The notes under the pieces were generated by a model, which had not been told where the DNA came from, searched no databases, and saw only the letters and a program-made list of their open reading frames with translations. A stretch of 60,177 nt of DNA, the filler included, from Ionaspis alba (taxonomy: Eukaryota): NCBI GenBank assembly GCA_964255285.1. It is 6 parts of 6 records of this genome, joined end to end, with 100 filler letters (N's around TTAATTAATTAA, not from the genome) between each part and the next. Parts side by side here need not be neighbours in the genome. Positions count along the whole stretch, not along the records: positions 10,093 to 20,083 come from CAXUUL010000637.1; positions 20,184 to 30,154 come from CAXUUL010000638.1; 4 more parts are not named here. One strand, 5' to 3'. The position numbers were made by a program, and so were the translations under genes. This document shows positions 12,325 to 23,270 of the stretch, one piece after another (positions within the stretch are counted from its first letter, which is position 1; the number at the start of each line of letters is the position of its first letter).

Positions 12325-15300
12325 ATGCCCGAAAGGAGCTCGTCAAACTCCTACAGAACCATCTGCACGTCATATCAGGAGCCATCTTATGAATATCAAT
12401 CCTATCTTGATGATACCAGAAGCACAGACTCTAGATCTGTCACTGGACGTCGCAATACTAGTCGGTCTAGAACCAGGGCAAGGACTGCGGCCTCTACCAT
12501 TGGAGGTACTCACGACCAGCAGATCATCTGCGCGGTCACCGAATCTCGTGGCATATCTCCTACTGTTGGTCTCGCGTTTGTCAACATCTCAACTACTGAA
12601 GCAGTTCTTTGTCAAATTGTTGACAATCAGACCTATGTAAAAACAGTACATAAGCTGCGAGTCTTTGCTCCTTCCGTTATTCTCTTTCCTAGTACAGCTA
12701 TTCAGCCCATCAAATCCAAATTGTGTTCCTTCATTGAGACTAATCTGCCATGGCCCGTTACCCCGATTGACAGGAGATACTTTGGCGAGACCGCTGGCGT
12801 TGACTACATCAGGCAACTCGCCTTTAGAGAAGATATTGAGGCATTGAAAGTGTCCATAGAGGGCAACTATTTTGCAGTATGCTGCCTTGCTGCTGTGTGT
12901 ATTTTCTCTCTCTTCGGAACCGCCGAGTCGAATCACTCATCGGACTCCTAGGCTCTCAAGTTTGTCGAATCTAAATATAGTATTTCATTTCCTTTCCATT
13001 CTTGGCGTATCAAGTATGAGCCTTCGGAAGGTTCTATGACCATCGACCTCTCAACCATCCGTTCCCTAGAATTGATACAGAATTTGCAGAATCCGAAATC
13101 CAAAGATTGTCTCTTTGGCCTCCTGAACCAGACACTAACACCCATGGGTGCAAGACTATTACGCAGTAACCTCCTGCAACCTCTTACCGAGAAGCGGTTC
13201 CTGGAGGCTCGATATGATGCCTTGGAGGAGCTTGCCAACCATGAGGAGATGTTTTTCTCCGTAAGACAAGGTTGCTAAGTCTACTGACCGACCGATGACT
13301 TTCTCCACCTTACTGATGCCTCCGTAGCTATGAAGCCATTCTTAGATGTCGACAAAGTCCTGACAGAGGTTTGATGCAGAAGTTCTTTGTGACTAAAACA
13401 TCATTGATCAGTATAGATAATCACCATTCCAACAATTCCAAGTGTCTATTATTGGGAGCAATCGATCAACAATGTCATCTCGCTGAAGCAATATGTGAAT
13501 TCTATTCCCCATGTGTTCGAGGCTCTTGATGGTGCAACAAGTGAGCTTTTGAGCAATGTTCGTCGGGTGAGCGGTGTGATCGAGTTGAATACCTGATGGG
13601 TTGCTGACTCGTCCCAGCTGTGTGCGCCTGAGATGATTGCAGATGTTGAAGCCTTGATCGGTGAGGCCATAAACGAAGACGTAACGTATCAGAGCAAGCC
13701 TCTCGACTTACGAAACCAAAGAACATATGCCGTAAAGGTGACACGTGAAATGATTTGCGCGTACTAAACGAGAGCTGACATACTCTAGTCAGGAGTGAAC
13801 GGCCTGTTAGATGTTGCCAGGCAGACGTACAAGGAAGCAAGCCAGGATGCTTACCAGCTTGTAACGGATTTGGAGCGCATGTAGATTCCTCACTTTATGC
13901 ATGCGAGTAGTCTAACCTAATTTTGATGATCTAGAGACATACAACATGAAGATCGAGCTCAAATTTGACGCGGCAAGACAGCACTACGTTTCGATTGCAT
14001 TAACCGAGCTCGAGGATAGGAACCTACCAGACGTCTTCATCAACGTCTTTCGGAAGAAGAGCATGATCCAATGTCAAACTCTGGACTTGGTCAAGTGGAA
14101 TCAGAAAATTGTAGACTCACATCATGAAGTGGTCAAGATGAGCGATCGTGTCATTCAAGAACTTATTGACAACATTAGGCAGGATGTTGCTCCATTATTC
14201 AGAGCTAGCGAAGGCATTGCCATCCTGGACATGATCGCATCGTTCGCTCAGCTTGTAACAACGCAAGACTATTGTCGGCCGGAGCTTACACCTACTCTAG
14301 CCATCAAGAATGGAAGACACCCTATTAGAGAGAAGATACATGACGACAAGTTTGTTCCAAACGATGTCTATGCCAGGGAGCAAAGTCGACTCCAGATCAT
14401 CAGTGGGTGCAACATGAGTGGCAAAAGCACCTATATTCGCTCTATTGCACTCATGACAGTCATGGCACAGATCGGAAGCTTCGTTCCGGCGACGTATGCT
14501 TCTTTCCCCATTCGACATCAACTATTTGCTCGTGTCTCTCAGGATGATAGCATCGAGTCTAATGTTTCCACTTTTGCTGCGGAGATGCGAGAGACGGCTT
14601 TCATTCTTCGCAACGTCGACGACCGTTCTATGGTCATTATCGATGAACTGGGCCGCGGCACAAGTACACGAGATGGTCTTGCTATAGCCATTGCTGTTGC
14701 GGAGGCTTTGGTCGAAAGCAAGGCACTAGTGTGGTTCGTGACGCACTTTCGAGACTTAGCCCGCTTTCTATCAGAACGGGCAGGTGTCGTCAACCTGCAT
14801 CTTGCTGTCAAGATAGACGAAGCAAATCGTATAATGATGCTGTACAAGATTGCAGATGGCTTTATCAAAGAAGAACATTATGGCCTTGCACTTGCCAAAG
14901 TCGTCGCTTTGCCACCCAAAGTCATTGTTGTAGCAGAGGAAGCTTCGGCAGTCATGACAAGGAGTAGAGAAGGGAAGAAGAAACAGTCGAAAATTATCGT
15001 GCAGGCGAGAAAGAGGAAGATCTTTCTTGGTCTCAGGGAACAGCTTATGCAAGCTAGAGAAGGAAACATGCAGGGTGAAGTGTTACGATGTTGGTTGAAG
15101 AAACTGCAAGATGAATTCGTGATCAGGATGGATCGCTTGGATCAGGAAGAGAGGATTGCTGAGGATGAACACCATGAGCTCGGCGAAGAGATGTCTGCGA
15201 GTGTGCTAGAGCCGGAACAAACCCCACCTATCGCAGATGCCAAGCGGTCTGGGGCTTCCCCCAGTGATGGCGATGACGACTGTGGAACGGAGTCGAGTAA

Positions 15301-15661
15301 TCGCGTCCGTAGAATTCCTAATTCGAATTCTCAAGACGAGAATGTCTTGGGCGATCGAAGAGAAGTACTTGCACTGAAAAATATTGAGGAGATCCCGCAA
15401 GCAAAAGCGCCTTCTATCAAACACTACACAATCGGGACAAGATTTGACTCTTTTGGTCAACAGAGACCCGTTGTCATAGAGTATGAAGACGAAGTTGAAT
15501 CGAGCGACTCAAGTCTAGAAATTGGCAAGAGTGTGACTACAGATATGGAAAGCATTGACACGACCAGAAATCGTGGCGCCTGGATGAGTGGCGCTTTACA
15601 GGGCCAACCACTACCACTTTCAGGATGCTCTGATGTCACAATGCGCGGGACCTCTTCTTGA
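12325..15661 (+). CDS. MSH4: MutS homolog 4 (meiotic crossover protein), multi-exon
   Basis: ICAVTESRGISPTVGLAFVN..LCQIVDNQTYVKT, IDLSTIRSLELIQN, Walker A GCNMSGKSTY, DELGRGTS, FVTHF. It lacks the N-terminal mismatch-binding domain, as expected for MSH4. Confidence 0.93.
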
Positions 15662-16083
15662 GGCAATGAGCGAGCGTACCAACGATGAAAGTTGTCTGCG
15701 CGAGATGGAACTGGCGAGTTGTGAGCAAGAGACATTGCAGCTCAAACGGGAAAGGATTTGCTTGTTGCTGAGCATTATATAGTGTTGCTATTTCGAGCTG
15801 CCGTTTTGCGTGGGCTTAGCTGGATTTCCGAATCTCAATTTTGTCGCCCTTTGTATACACTACAACCCTTCCTAAGAGATCCATATAGATATGATCATGA
15901 GCGTGACATGGGAGGAGTTGACAGTAGACTAAAGACTGTACTTTTCCGTTTTCGAACAGGCAACATATCCAATCATGAAGGTCCTGACACCAGACAGTCA
16001 CAACTCATTTGCTTATGCGATATCCCCACGGAAATCCAAACACCACAAACCATGCCCCTAAAACATTGACACCCATCAACCCC

Positions 16084-19000
16084 TCACACACCCCCGGAAT
16101 AAAATCTCCTAAACCGATCCCTTCCCTCCCATCCCACCTCCCCAACAACAGCATGACACCCCATCAACAACCCCGGGAACTTCCTCGTCCAAAAACCCAA
16201 ATAGCCTGCTGGCAAACCCCCGACCTTCTCCTTCACATTCTCTGGCATATCCTCATAATGGTTCTTCTTATTCCTCAACGCCCGCAATAAATCCAAAACC
16301 TTATTCCCCTGATACTTCCGCTGCTTCCCCAACGTATCCCGGAACTCCTTCGGCAATACCCGCAAGAAGTCTCCGCCTGCAGGCTCGAGTAGCGAAGGCC
16401 CGTAGGCTTCGAGCGCGAGAAGAGCGGGAGAGGGCGGATCCCGTGGCTCGAACTCGAAACCGTCACTGACGTGGCACAGAAAATCGAGCCGCTCTTCCGC
16501 CGACCAGAAGAACGGATGGGCGAGCACGGCCGCAGCGCTAGGGCGGGCTTTTGGATCTTGCGATAGCATGCGTGCGACCAGGTCTTTAGCTTCCCACTGG
16601 TAGTCGCCCAAGTTCGCGAGGGGAGAGAGGTCGTGGGCGCCTTTGACGATGTTGGCTTCGCGCATGTATTTCCCGGCCCGGTCGAACGGGTGCGTGCCGC
16701 CGGTTAGCACGTAGTGGAAGACGCACCCCAGGGAGAAGATGTCGATGGCACGGGTGGCGCGGCGGTTGGTTTGGGGGTCGAGGAGGAGGGGCTCGGAGTT
16801 GGAATGCGCGGACGGGGTAGGGGTCGTGGAGGCGTTGGTTGTGGTAGGCGTAGTGGGGTTGTCTTCGTCGACGAGGAGTTCAGGCGCCCGCCACCCACTT
16901 GTGCCGGCGGCGTGGGCGGTGGTGGCCCGAAAGGAGGATTGGTCGCCTTCGAGTTTTTTGCAGAGGCCGAAGTCAGAGATGAGGAGGCGGGGTGGTTGGA
17001 AGGTTCCTGGGGAGGCGGGGAGACGCTTGGGAGCTGACACGAGGATGTTTTGAGGTTTAATGTCGCGGTGAACGATTTTGAGTGAGTGGAGGTAGTGGAC
17101 GCCCGCGGTGATCTGCTTGAGGACGTCCGGGAGGTCGAGGCCTTGAGCGCCGATTAGGGAAGGGTAGCTGGTAGGCTTTTCGATCACGTCTTGTAAGGAG
17201 GCGGGGCAGAGCTCTAGGGCGATGTAAAGGAATTCGCCAGCGGATTCTTTGTCGAAATAGCGGATTACATTGGGATGATCGTCGCTTTCTTGCAAGAGAC
17301 TAACTTCGTGGGAGGCAATGTCGTAGAATTCGAGGAGCATGCGTTTAACGGCTACGTCTCTTCCGCCGAAGGAGCCCTTGTAGACGACTGTACCGTGACT
17401 ACCGAAGCCGAGGACGGTATCTGTGTATACTTTCAAGTGACTGATCTGGATGACAGGTCCTGAAACGTCTGTGACGTTACTGTTGCCGGTAGGAAGTTCA
17501 ACAACATCTGGCTCCAATGGAGGTTCCTTGGCAATCTGCATTGCCTCTTCAACCGCTTGCTCCGCTTTCTCAATTTCCTCTGACTTGCTTGCATTCCGCT
17601 TCTTCTTGTGCTTAGTTCCACCTCTACAACCGCGTCTCGCCTTTTTCTTCCCTGGTTGTGGTGAGTTCGGACCTTCATCATCTTCTCCTCTTCCTGGAGA
17701 TGGCGACGGCGAAGGCTCGACGATCCGTACGCGAGGACCACTCTTTGTTCTGCCACGATCATCATCGAGAGTGTTAGAGCGACTCCGAGACATATTTGGC
17801 GGTTCTAGCAAGGTATTGCGTCTGGATATTGTTGGTGTAAACTGTCCGTCCTCCTGACCTAGAGCTTCCTCTACCCGATCTAAGACGGCCTGTTCCTGGA
17901 CATCCTGTGGCCATGGTGCTTCAATCACGACTGGAGATGATGGAACTGAGCTCAGAGGTTGATCGAGCGTGGGAAACAGTCTTTTCAGCTCGAATTGATG
18001 CTGCAATAGTCGGGCAATTGGTCTTCGATTGATCGAAAGGAATGTCCCAAAAAGAAGGATGAAAATTGCGATGAGGATATCTGTAGCATTTGCAGCAGCA
18101 CTACCAATGATATAGCTATTAGCAAGGACAGGGGCCGACGAAGAAGGTGTCTCAGGAAGAACTTCAACAGGGGTGTTGTTAATGGGTTCAGCCGGAGGAC
18201 CTGATATGGTCATGAAACTATTGTCTCTTGCCTCGATATCTGCGAGGGAATGAACCCCCACGAGAGCCTTCTGACGCTGGGCTAGAGATAGATCTTGAGG
18301 TGCAAAGGTCGCTCCTAGCCAGTCTTTGTTATAGCATTGTGCTTTGGCAGCTCCGCCGGTGACGAAGGGATAGGTATTTTCGGACATGGCATACCAGCCA
18401 CCAGCTTCCGTGTGATTGACGAAGATCCGATTGCGCTCCTCGAAATTGCTATAGAAATCCCCATCTCCAACTGGGCCGATGGGTTGAGGAAGTATGATGA
18501 GTTGTGGATCTTCATCGTCCGAACGGAGAGGCCTGGCAACGTCGAAGACCCTGACGACTGGCGATGTTAATTTCTGCGTATATGATTTCCGCCTTTCATC
18601 AATTCTTGCATGATCGAACCCAAAGATGCTTCCGTCGTGACGAGAGTAGACGTATTTCTGGTCCATCGTCGTTGAATACTGGCTGTGCAGATCACTGTCT
18701 CTGTTGTTGGGTCCCCACTCGTAATACATCAATGTGCAGATTTCTTCAGCAGTATCTCGATGTTGGATTGCAACGGTGTACTCTGTTCGACCAAGTATCA
18801 GAGAGCCAGTAGATCCACACTCCTTTTCATCAAGTCCTTCCAATCCGCTTACTCTTCTGCAACTCTTGTTCTCATTGAGTGAAGAGCCTCGAGGGCTGAA
18901 GGTTTTGGTGATTGTTCCCGTGCCAGCGTCAACAGTATAGAGTGTTGTCTTCTTATCCGCCGTGTAGACCACTGCAGGGTCCTCACCAGCATACGGTGAA

Positions 19001-19659
19001 AGCTCTTCCGCGAGCTTCTTGACTGTCAGACGCAGTCTCTGCAGGCCACCATTGTGGCGCTGGTTATAGATGTAGATATCCCCATCCCGACTCGGCTCCA
19101 CGATCCACAAGAAGTCATCCTCAGGTCTGTAGTCTTCTACCGCGGATCTATTCTCTCGATGATAGATCGTCTCCACCATGGGCTTCTCCACCTCCAATGC
19201 CCATCGTGGTGATCCAGTCTTTCGATCTCTCGCGTGAATGGATCCATCAACGGTCGCCAGGAGTATAAAGTCCTCAACCTCCCAGTCCTGCAACGAACGC
19301 GCATGAAGCAGCGACGATAACCCAGCGGACTTGCCGGATCCTTGTGCAGGTTGTGGTGCTCGAACGGCTTGGTTTGGTGCCGGAGCTACGGTTGCGATGG
19401 CGCTCGCTCTGTTGGAGTTCACTGATGTGTCTTTCAGGTCTCTGTAATTGTTCGTGTCAAATTGTTGTTGTCCATCCTGGTAGTCGCCGGCTGATCCAGA
19501 GGGTTGGAGAGGATTGGGTACAGAGCCTCGTTCATGCTCCGATCTTCGATAGAGTTGTTGCTCCTGCTGCTGAGAGGCTACCACGAAAGGTAAGAGGAGG
19601 AAAGAGACAGTGAGGGTGGAGAGAAAGCTCTTTCCAGCGCCGGTTCGCCGACGCGACAT
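16084..19659 (-). CDS. IRE1: Ire1 bifunctional kinase/endoribonuclease (UPR sensor)
   Basis: Signal peptide, luminal PQQ-like domain (LLATVDGSIHARDR), TM helix, kinase (GFGSHGTVVY, HRDIKPQN, DFG, GTSGWRAPE) and KEN RNase domain (DLLRALRNKKNHY). Single 1191-aa ORF. Confidence 0.97.
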   Translation of the reverse strand: MSRRRTGAGKSFLSTLTVSFLLLPFVVASQQQEQQLYRRSEHERGSVPNPLQPSGSAGDYQDGQQQFDTNNYRDLKDTSVNSNRASAIATVAPAPNQAVRAPQPAQGSGKSAGLSSLLHARSLQDWEVEDFILLATVDGSIHARDRKTGSPRWALEVEKPMVETIYHRENRSAVEDYRPEDDFLWIVEPSRDGDIYIYNQRHNGGLQRLRLTVKKLAEELSPYAGEDPAVVYTADKKTTLYTVDAGTGTITKTFSPRGSSLNENKSCRRVSGLEGLDEKECGSTGSLILGRTEYTVAIQHRDTAEEICTLMYYEWGPNNRDSDLHSQYSTTMDQKYVYSRHDGSIFGFDHARIDERRKSYTQKLTSPVVRVFDVARPLRSDDEDPQLIILPQPIGPVGDGDFYSNFEERNRIFVNHTEAGGWYAMSENTYPFVTGGAAKAQCYNKDWLGATFAPQDLSLAQRQKALVGVHSLADIEARDNSFMTISGPPAEPINNTPVEVLPETPSSSAPVLANSYIIGSAAANATDILIAIFILLFGTFLSINRRPIARLLQHQFELKRLFPTLDQPLSSVPSSPVVIEAPWPQDVQEQAVLDRVEEALGQEDGQFTPTISRRNTLLEPPNMSRSRSNTLDDDRGRTKSGPRVRIVEPSPSPSPGRGEDDEGPNSPQPGKKKARRGCRGGTKHKKKRNASKSEEIEKAEQAVEEAMQIAKEPPLEPDVVELPTGNSNVTDVSGPVIQISHLKVYTDTVLGFGSHGTVVYKGSFGGRDVAVKRMLLEFYDIASHEVSLLQESDDHPNVIRYFDKESAGEFLYIALELCPASLQDVIEKPTSYPSLIGAQGLDLPDVLKQITAGVHYLHSLKIVHRDIKPQNILVSAPKRLPASPGTFQPPRLLISDFGLCKKLEGDQSSFRATTAHAAGTSGWRAPELLVDEDNPTTPTTTNASTTPTPSAHSNSEPLLLDPQTNRRATRAIDIFSLGCVFHYVLTGGTHPFDRAGKYMREANIVKGAHDLSPLANLGDYQWEAKDLVARMLSQDPKARPSAAAVLAHPFFWSAEERLDFLCHVSDGFEFEPRDPPSPALLALEAYGPSLLEPAGGDFLRVLPKEFRDTLGKQRKYQGNKVLDLLRALRNKKNHYEDMPENVKEKVGGLPAGYLGFWTRKFPGLLMGCHAVVGEVGWEGRDRFRRFYSGGV

Positions 19660-20083
19660 TGCAGAGGACTACAAGACTGCAGATGGAGCCTTGGGAGGCC
19701 GAGAGATCGAGCGAGGTTGAGGACGGACGGCTGTCGAGTATAAAAGAGACTCATCTAAATGAGAGATTGGAAATAGATATTATGGCTTTATTGATGGTTT
19801 ATTGATGCAAAGAAGGAGTAAGCCGAGGAGACTGGAAGTGAGGGCGAGTGTGAGCACAGCAGGAATGTCCGAGGCGTGGTCAGCCGTAACGCAACGGAGG
19901 GATTATTCGTAGTGGGATCGTGTGTTACCAGGAAAGGACGAGGCCCCAATACTCGTTGCATTCCGCCCAATACTGCGACGCTGCGGGACGAGACAAGGAG
20001 GCGCCCGTGATTGCAAGCGGTTAGAAGCTTCTCGGCTACCTCTAACAGCCGATCCCCCGGCGCTCCCGCTGGATGGAGATCTG

Positions 20084-20183
20084 NNNNNNNNNNNNNNNNN
20101 NNNNNNNNNNNNNNNNNNNNNNNNNNNTTAATTAATTAANNNNNNNNNNNNNNNNNNNNNNNNNNNNNNNNNNNNNNNNNNNN
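20084..20183. other. Artificial contig spacer N44-TTAATTAATTAA-N44
   Basis: Same linker as at 9993. Confidence 0.97.
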
Positions 20184-20429
20184 GGGGGTGGTTGCGATGG
20201 CTGGGGTGCGCGGGGCGAAAAGGGGTTTCGGGGAGAAGTAGAATAGGTCGGGGTGGATTTCGGGCATGTCGTAGGTGCTGAGGGGCGTTTTGGGGAAGGG
20301 CGTGGTGGATGAGCTGGCCAAGGTGCTGGCTGTGTTTGTGGAGGATGAGGAGGATTTGGTGGAAGTGGGGGCGGATTTGGCGGTCCACGGGGGTGTGCCG
20401 GCTGTTTGGCAACAAAAAAAGTAGCTGAC

Positions 20430-21710
20430 GTTTTTTATTTTTGGTAGAGGCTTTTCGGAGACACCTTGATGTATTATGGCGTTACGAAAGATGGGCAGGC
20501 CTTTTACAGAATCGGTCTATCGAAAGAGAAGTTCGTTTTCGCCTGGAGGTATTTCTAACTCCTATAGATCTTCAGGGGAAGATATGTTTTAAAAGGTTTT
20601 GTCTGCGAGAGCCAGAGCCAGTAGATATTGGATATCGTCGCGTAGCAGCTTGCTGTGTTGACTAGTAGACGCACCGTATCTTAAAGAAAGATTATCGTCA
20701 GTCACGACATACCAAGAGGAGAGATGGGGAGAACAGTACACCGTATTTTCTGGATCACGATTGTTTTTGACCCAGCGCTGGTCGATCCGATAGATCACTT
20801 TCCAACCACCACTGGGGATCCGCTTCAGAACAACTTCGATGTCCTGCAAATGATCAGCGAAGCTTTGCCCAAACTATCCTATAAGCTCTCACTCGATATC
20901 GAAGACCCCCTTCGGCTTTGTCTTTCGGGTTGGGGAAGAAGGCGCCGATCCTTGCTCCAGTCCAGCAGAAAATGGCGATCGCGAAGGGAATTTGGACTTT
21001 GTTGCGGGGGTGGATGAAGGTGGCATCATCGATAGTCCAGAATGTAGCATGGAACTGAATCAGCTCCTTCTCGCCAAACAGGTGCTTCGCCTTTTTCTTG
21101 TTCACAACCAAGCCTTCTTTGGCCAAAGTGTTTCTTGTCCACTGATCGAGTTCGAATTAGCCGTAGGGAAACTGTGATGCAGATCGGAACGTACTCACAT
21201 CGTAAACTGCACGTCTGTCTTCCTCGTTGATGGTATTTCCAGTGACTCGAGCAAATCCAGCAAAGAACCACTCCGCAAAGGTATTTAGCGAGTCGACAGT
21301 AGTCCGTGTGTCGTCGATTCTTCCTCGGCTGATGGCGGCATGGAAGCGAAAGAAGTCTTTGATCGTGGCAAGATCGAGAGGACTCGAGCCCTCTCGGAGG
21401 CTTCGTACCCCCGTAGCGTCAACCGCGGCGTCATCGTCGATAAATAACTCTCTGATATCGCGTTTTTTTTTTTTTGAGAGCAACAATCCACCTGCTCGAG
21501 CGAGTGAGTGTAAGCCTTCAAATGGGATCAAGCTGTTGTGTTTATTCACTTCTCGTAGCGTCCCAAAGCCTAATCCTAATCCTTGATGGTCTTCTTCACG
21601 TATTTTGTATTGTCCCTGATGCTATCCTGCACCCGGTGAGCTCCTTGCTCGTAACCGTTGGCGATAGCTCTCTCAAGTAGCCGCTCTGCTGGCACACCTT
21701 TCGGGCCCAT
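20430..21710 (-). pseudogene. Degenerate tyrosine-recombinase-like gene (DUF3435/Starship captain-like), 3'-truncated
   Basis: Spliced reading MGPKGVPAERLL..DLATIKDFFRF..TVDSLNTFAEWFFAGF..FIHPRNKVQIPFAIAIFCWTGARIGAF..GLRYR/DIEVVL..IDQRWVKNNRDPEN..LLALALAD. In-frame stops at 21576-78, 21570-72, 20589-91, 20562-64 and 20517-19. The family call is from motif recall, not a search. Confidence 0.68.
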
Positions 21711-21870
21711 GATCGTGTGGGGAGTGGAGGGGAAGAATAAAGGAAGAATATGGGGGAGAGTGTAGTTGCAATCTTCTGGGCATAAGCAAAAAGAGCCAAA
21801 TCTGGCGGCGCGCCGCTCTCTCTTATACCTACCATGGCAACCATGCCCGTCCAGACTGGGTTGCAAAAGA

Positions 21871-21907
21871 GCGAGAGAGACAGAGAGAGAGAGGGGGAGA
21901 GAGAGGG
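21871..21907. repeat. Imperfect (GA)n microsatellite
   Basis: gcgagagagacagagagagagagggggagagagaggg, upstream of the recombinase-like pseudogene. Confidence 0.8.
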
Positions 21908-22261
21908 CGCACGCTTCTGGATGCTCGAAGACTGGGATTGGCAAGGGGAAGGATGATCGTAGCGTGATCACCCAAGGTGGGGTGCCGCAGCACCCTCGCT
22001 CACCCAGCGCTCTCCCTAAAAGCGGCAGGCTCGCGTGAGCCCCAACTGAGCTGGGGGCAGATTTCTGTCTTCTTCTCTTGCCAAGATTTCGATTCAGCCT
22101 TACGAGCTGTCAGGTACCTTAATTTGGCGCCTGAATTTGGTATCAAAGATTCTTGTCAGGTCGAGAAGGAAGCACATGTTAATGATTCCAGCTTCGAAAT
22201 GAATTGATGGGTGAAGTGAGGAGAAGTGGTTGCTGTTGAGCTACCAGGGTAATCTTTGGAG

Positions 22262-23270
22262 ATGGCCTCCAGCAAGGCGGCCAGGGTTGGCGAAGAGTAA
22301 GCTTTGGTTATATCTCCAATCAACTGCTGGTTGTATTAACGATACTGGCAGAGTATGGAAGTGAGCTTCCCTATCCCATATCAACCTGTTGAACAGTCTT
22401 ATCAGCCTATCTCTCGTGACCCTATATGCCAATTCGAAAGTTAACAATTCTCCAGAACAAGGATCGACAAAGTTAATGCTGAACTTGTTACCTTGACATA
22501 TGGCACCATAGTTGCCCAACTCTGCAGTGACTACGACAGCAATTATGTTGAAGTCAACATGCAGTTGGATAAGATGGGCTATAATATCGGGATGCGTTTA
22601 GTCGAGGATTTCTTTGCGAAGTCCGGCACCCAGAGATGTCTTAATTTTCGAGAGACGGCCGAGACGATATCAAAGGTAAGGCGCTTCAATTCGTCTTCAT
22701 GTCTTGTCTTGACGAGATTGTTTTCATAATGTGATAAGTTATCTTGATGTTTACTTTCTTCTTTGCCTCGTTTCACTCAATAGAGGCTTGGACTCATAAG
22801 ATCATAGATCGGATTCAAGATCTTCTTGAACATTACTCCCATTGTCACCAATTGGACGGCAGACAGCAAGCAATTCTCGCTTGTCTTTGAGGAGAACCCC
22901 TTCGCTGATTTCGTTGAATTACCGGATGATGGAAAGGCTCAGGATGAGCTTTGGTATTCTAATATTTTCTGTGGCATCCTGAGGGGTGCTCTAGAAATGG
23001 TAGGTCAATTCCACTATCCTACGCAGACGAACTACGTCGACACCAGAGCACATCCAATGTTACCTTTCTGATGTACATTCTCTTGATTCTTTATCCAAAA
23101 TCTACAGCTTGGTCTGGCGTAAGCATTTTTGGACGCTCACGAGTGATTAGGTTCAAATGCAGGTCGAAGCACACTTCGTCAGTGATGTTCTCAGAGGTGA
23201 CGAGACTACTGAGATGAGGATAACTCTTCTGAGATACATTGAAGACGAAATGCCTCCGGACGACGAATAG
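22262..23270 (+). CDS. BET3: TRAPP complex core subunit Bet3, 5 exons including a 9-nt microexon
   Basis: [104 protein letters not shown]. Confidence 0.95.

Noticed and set aside
22676..23150. Longer-than-usual BET3 introns as snoRNA hosts
   Set aside because: No convincing C/D box pair with a terminal stem or H/ACA structure could be identified by eye.
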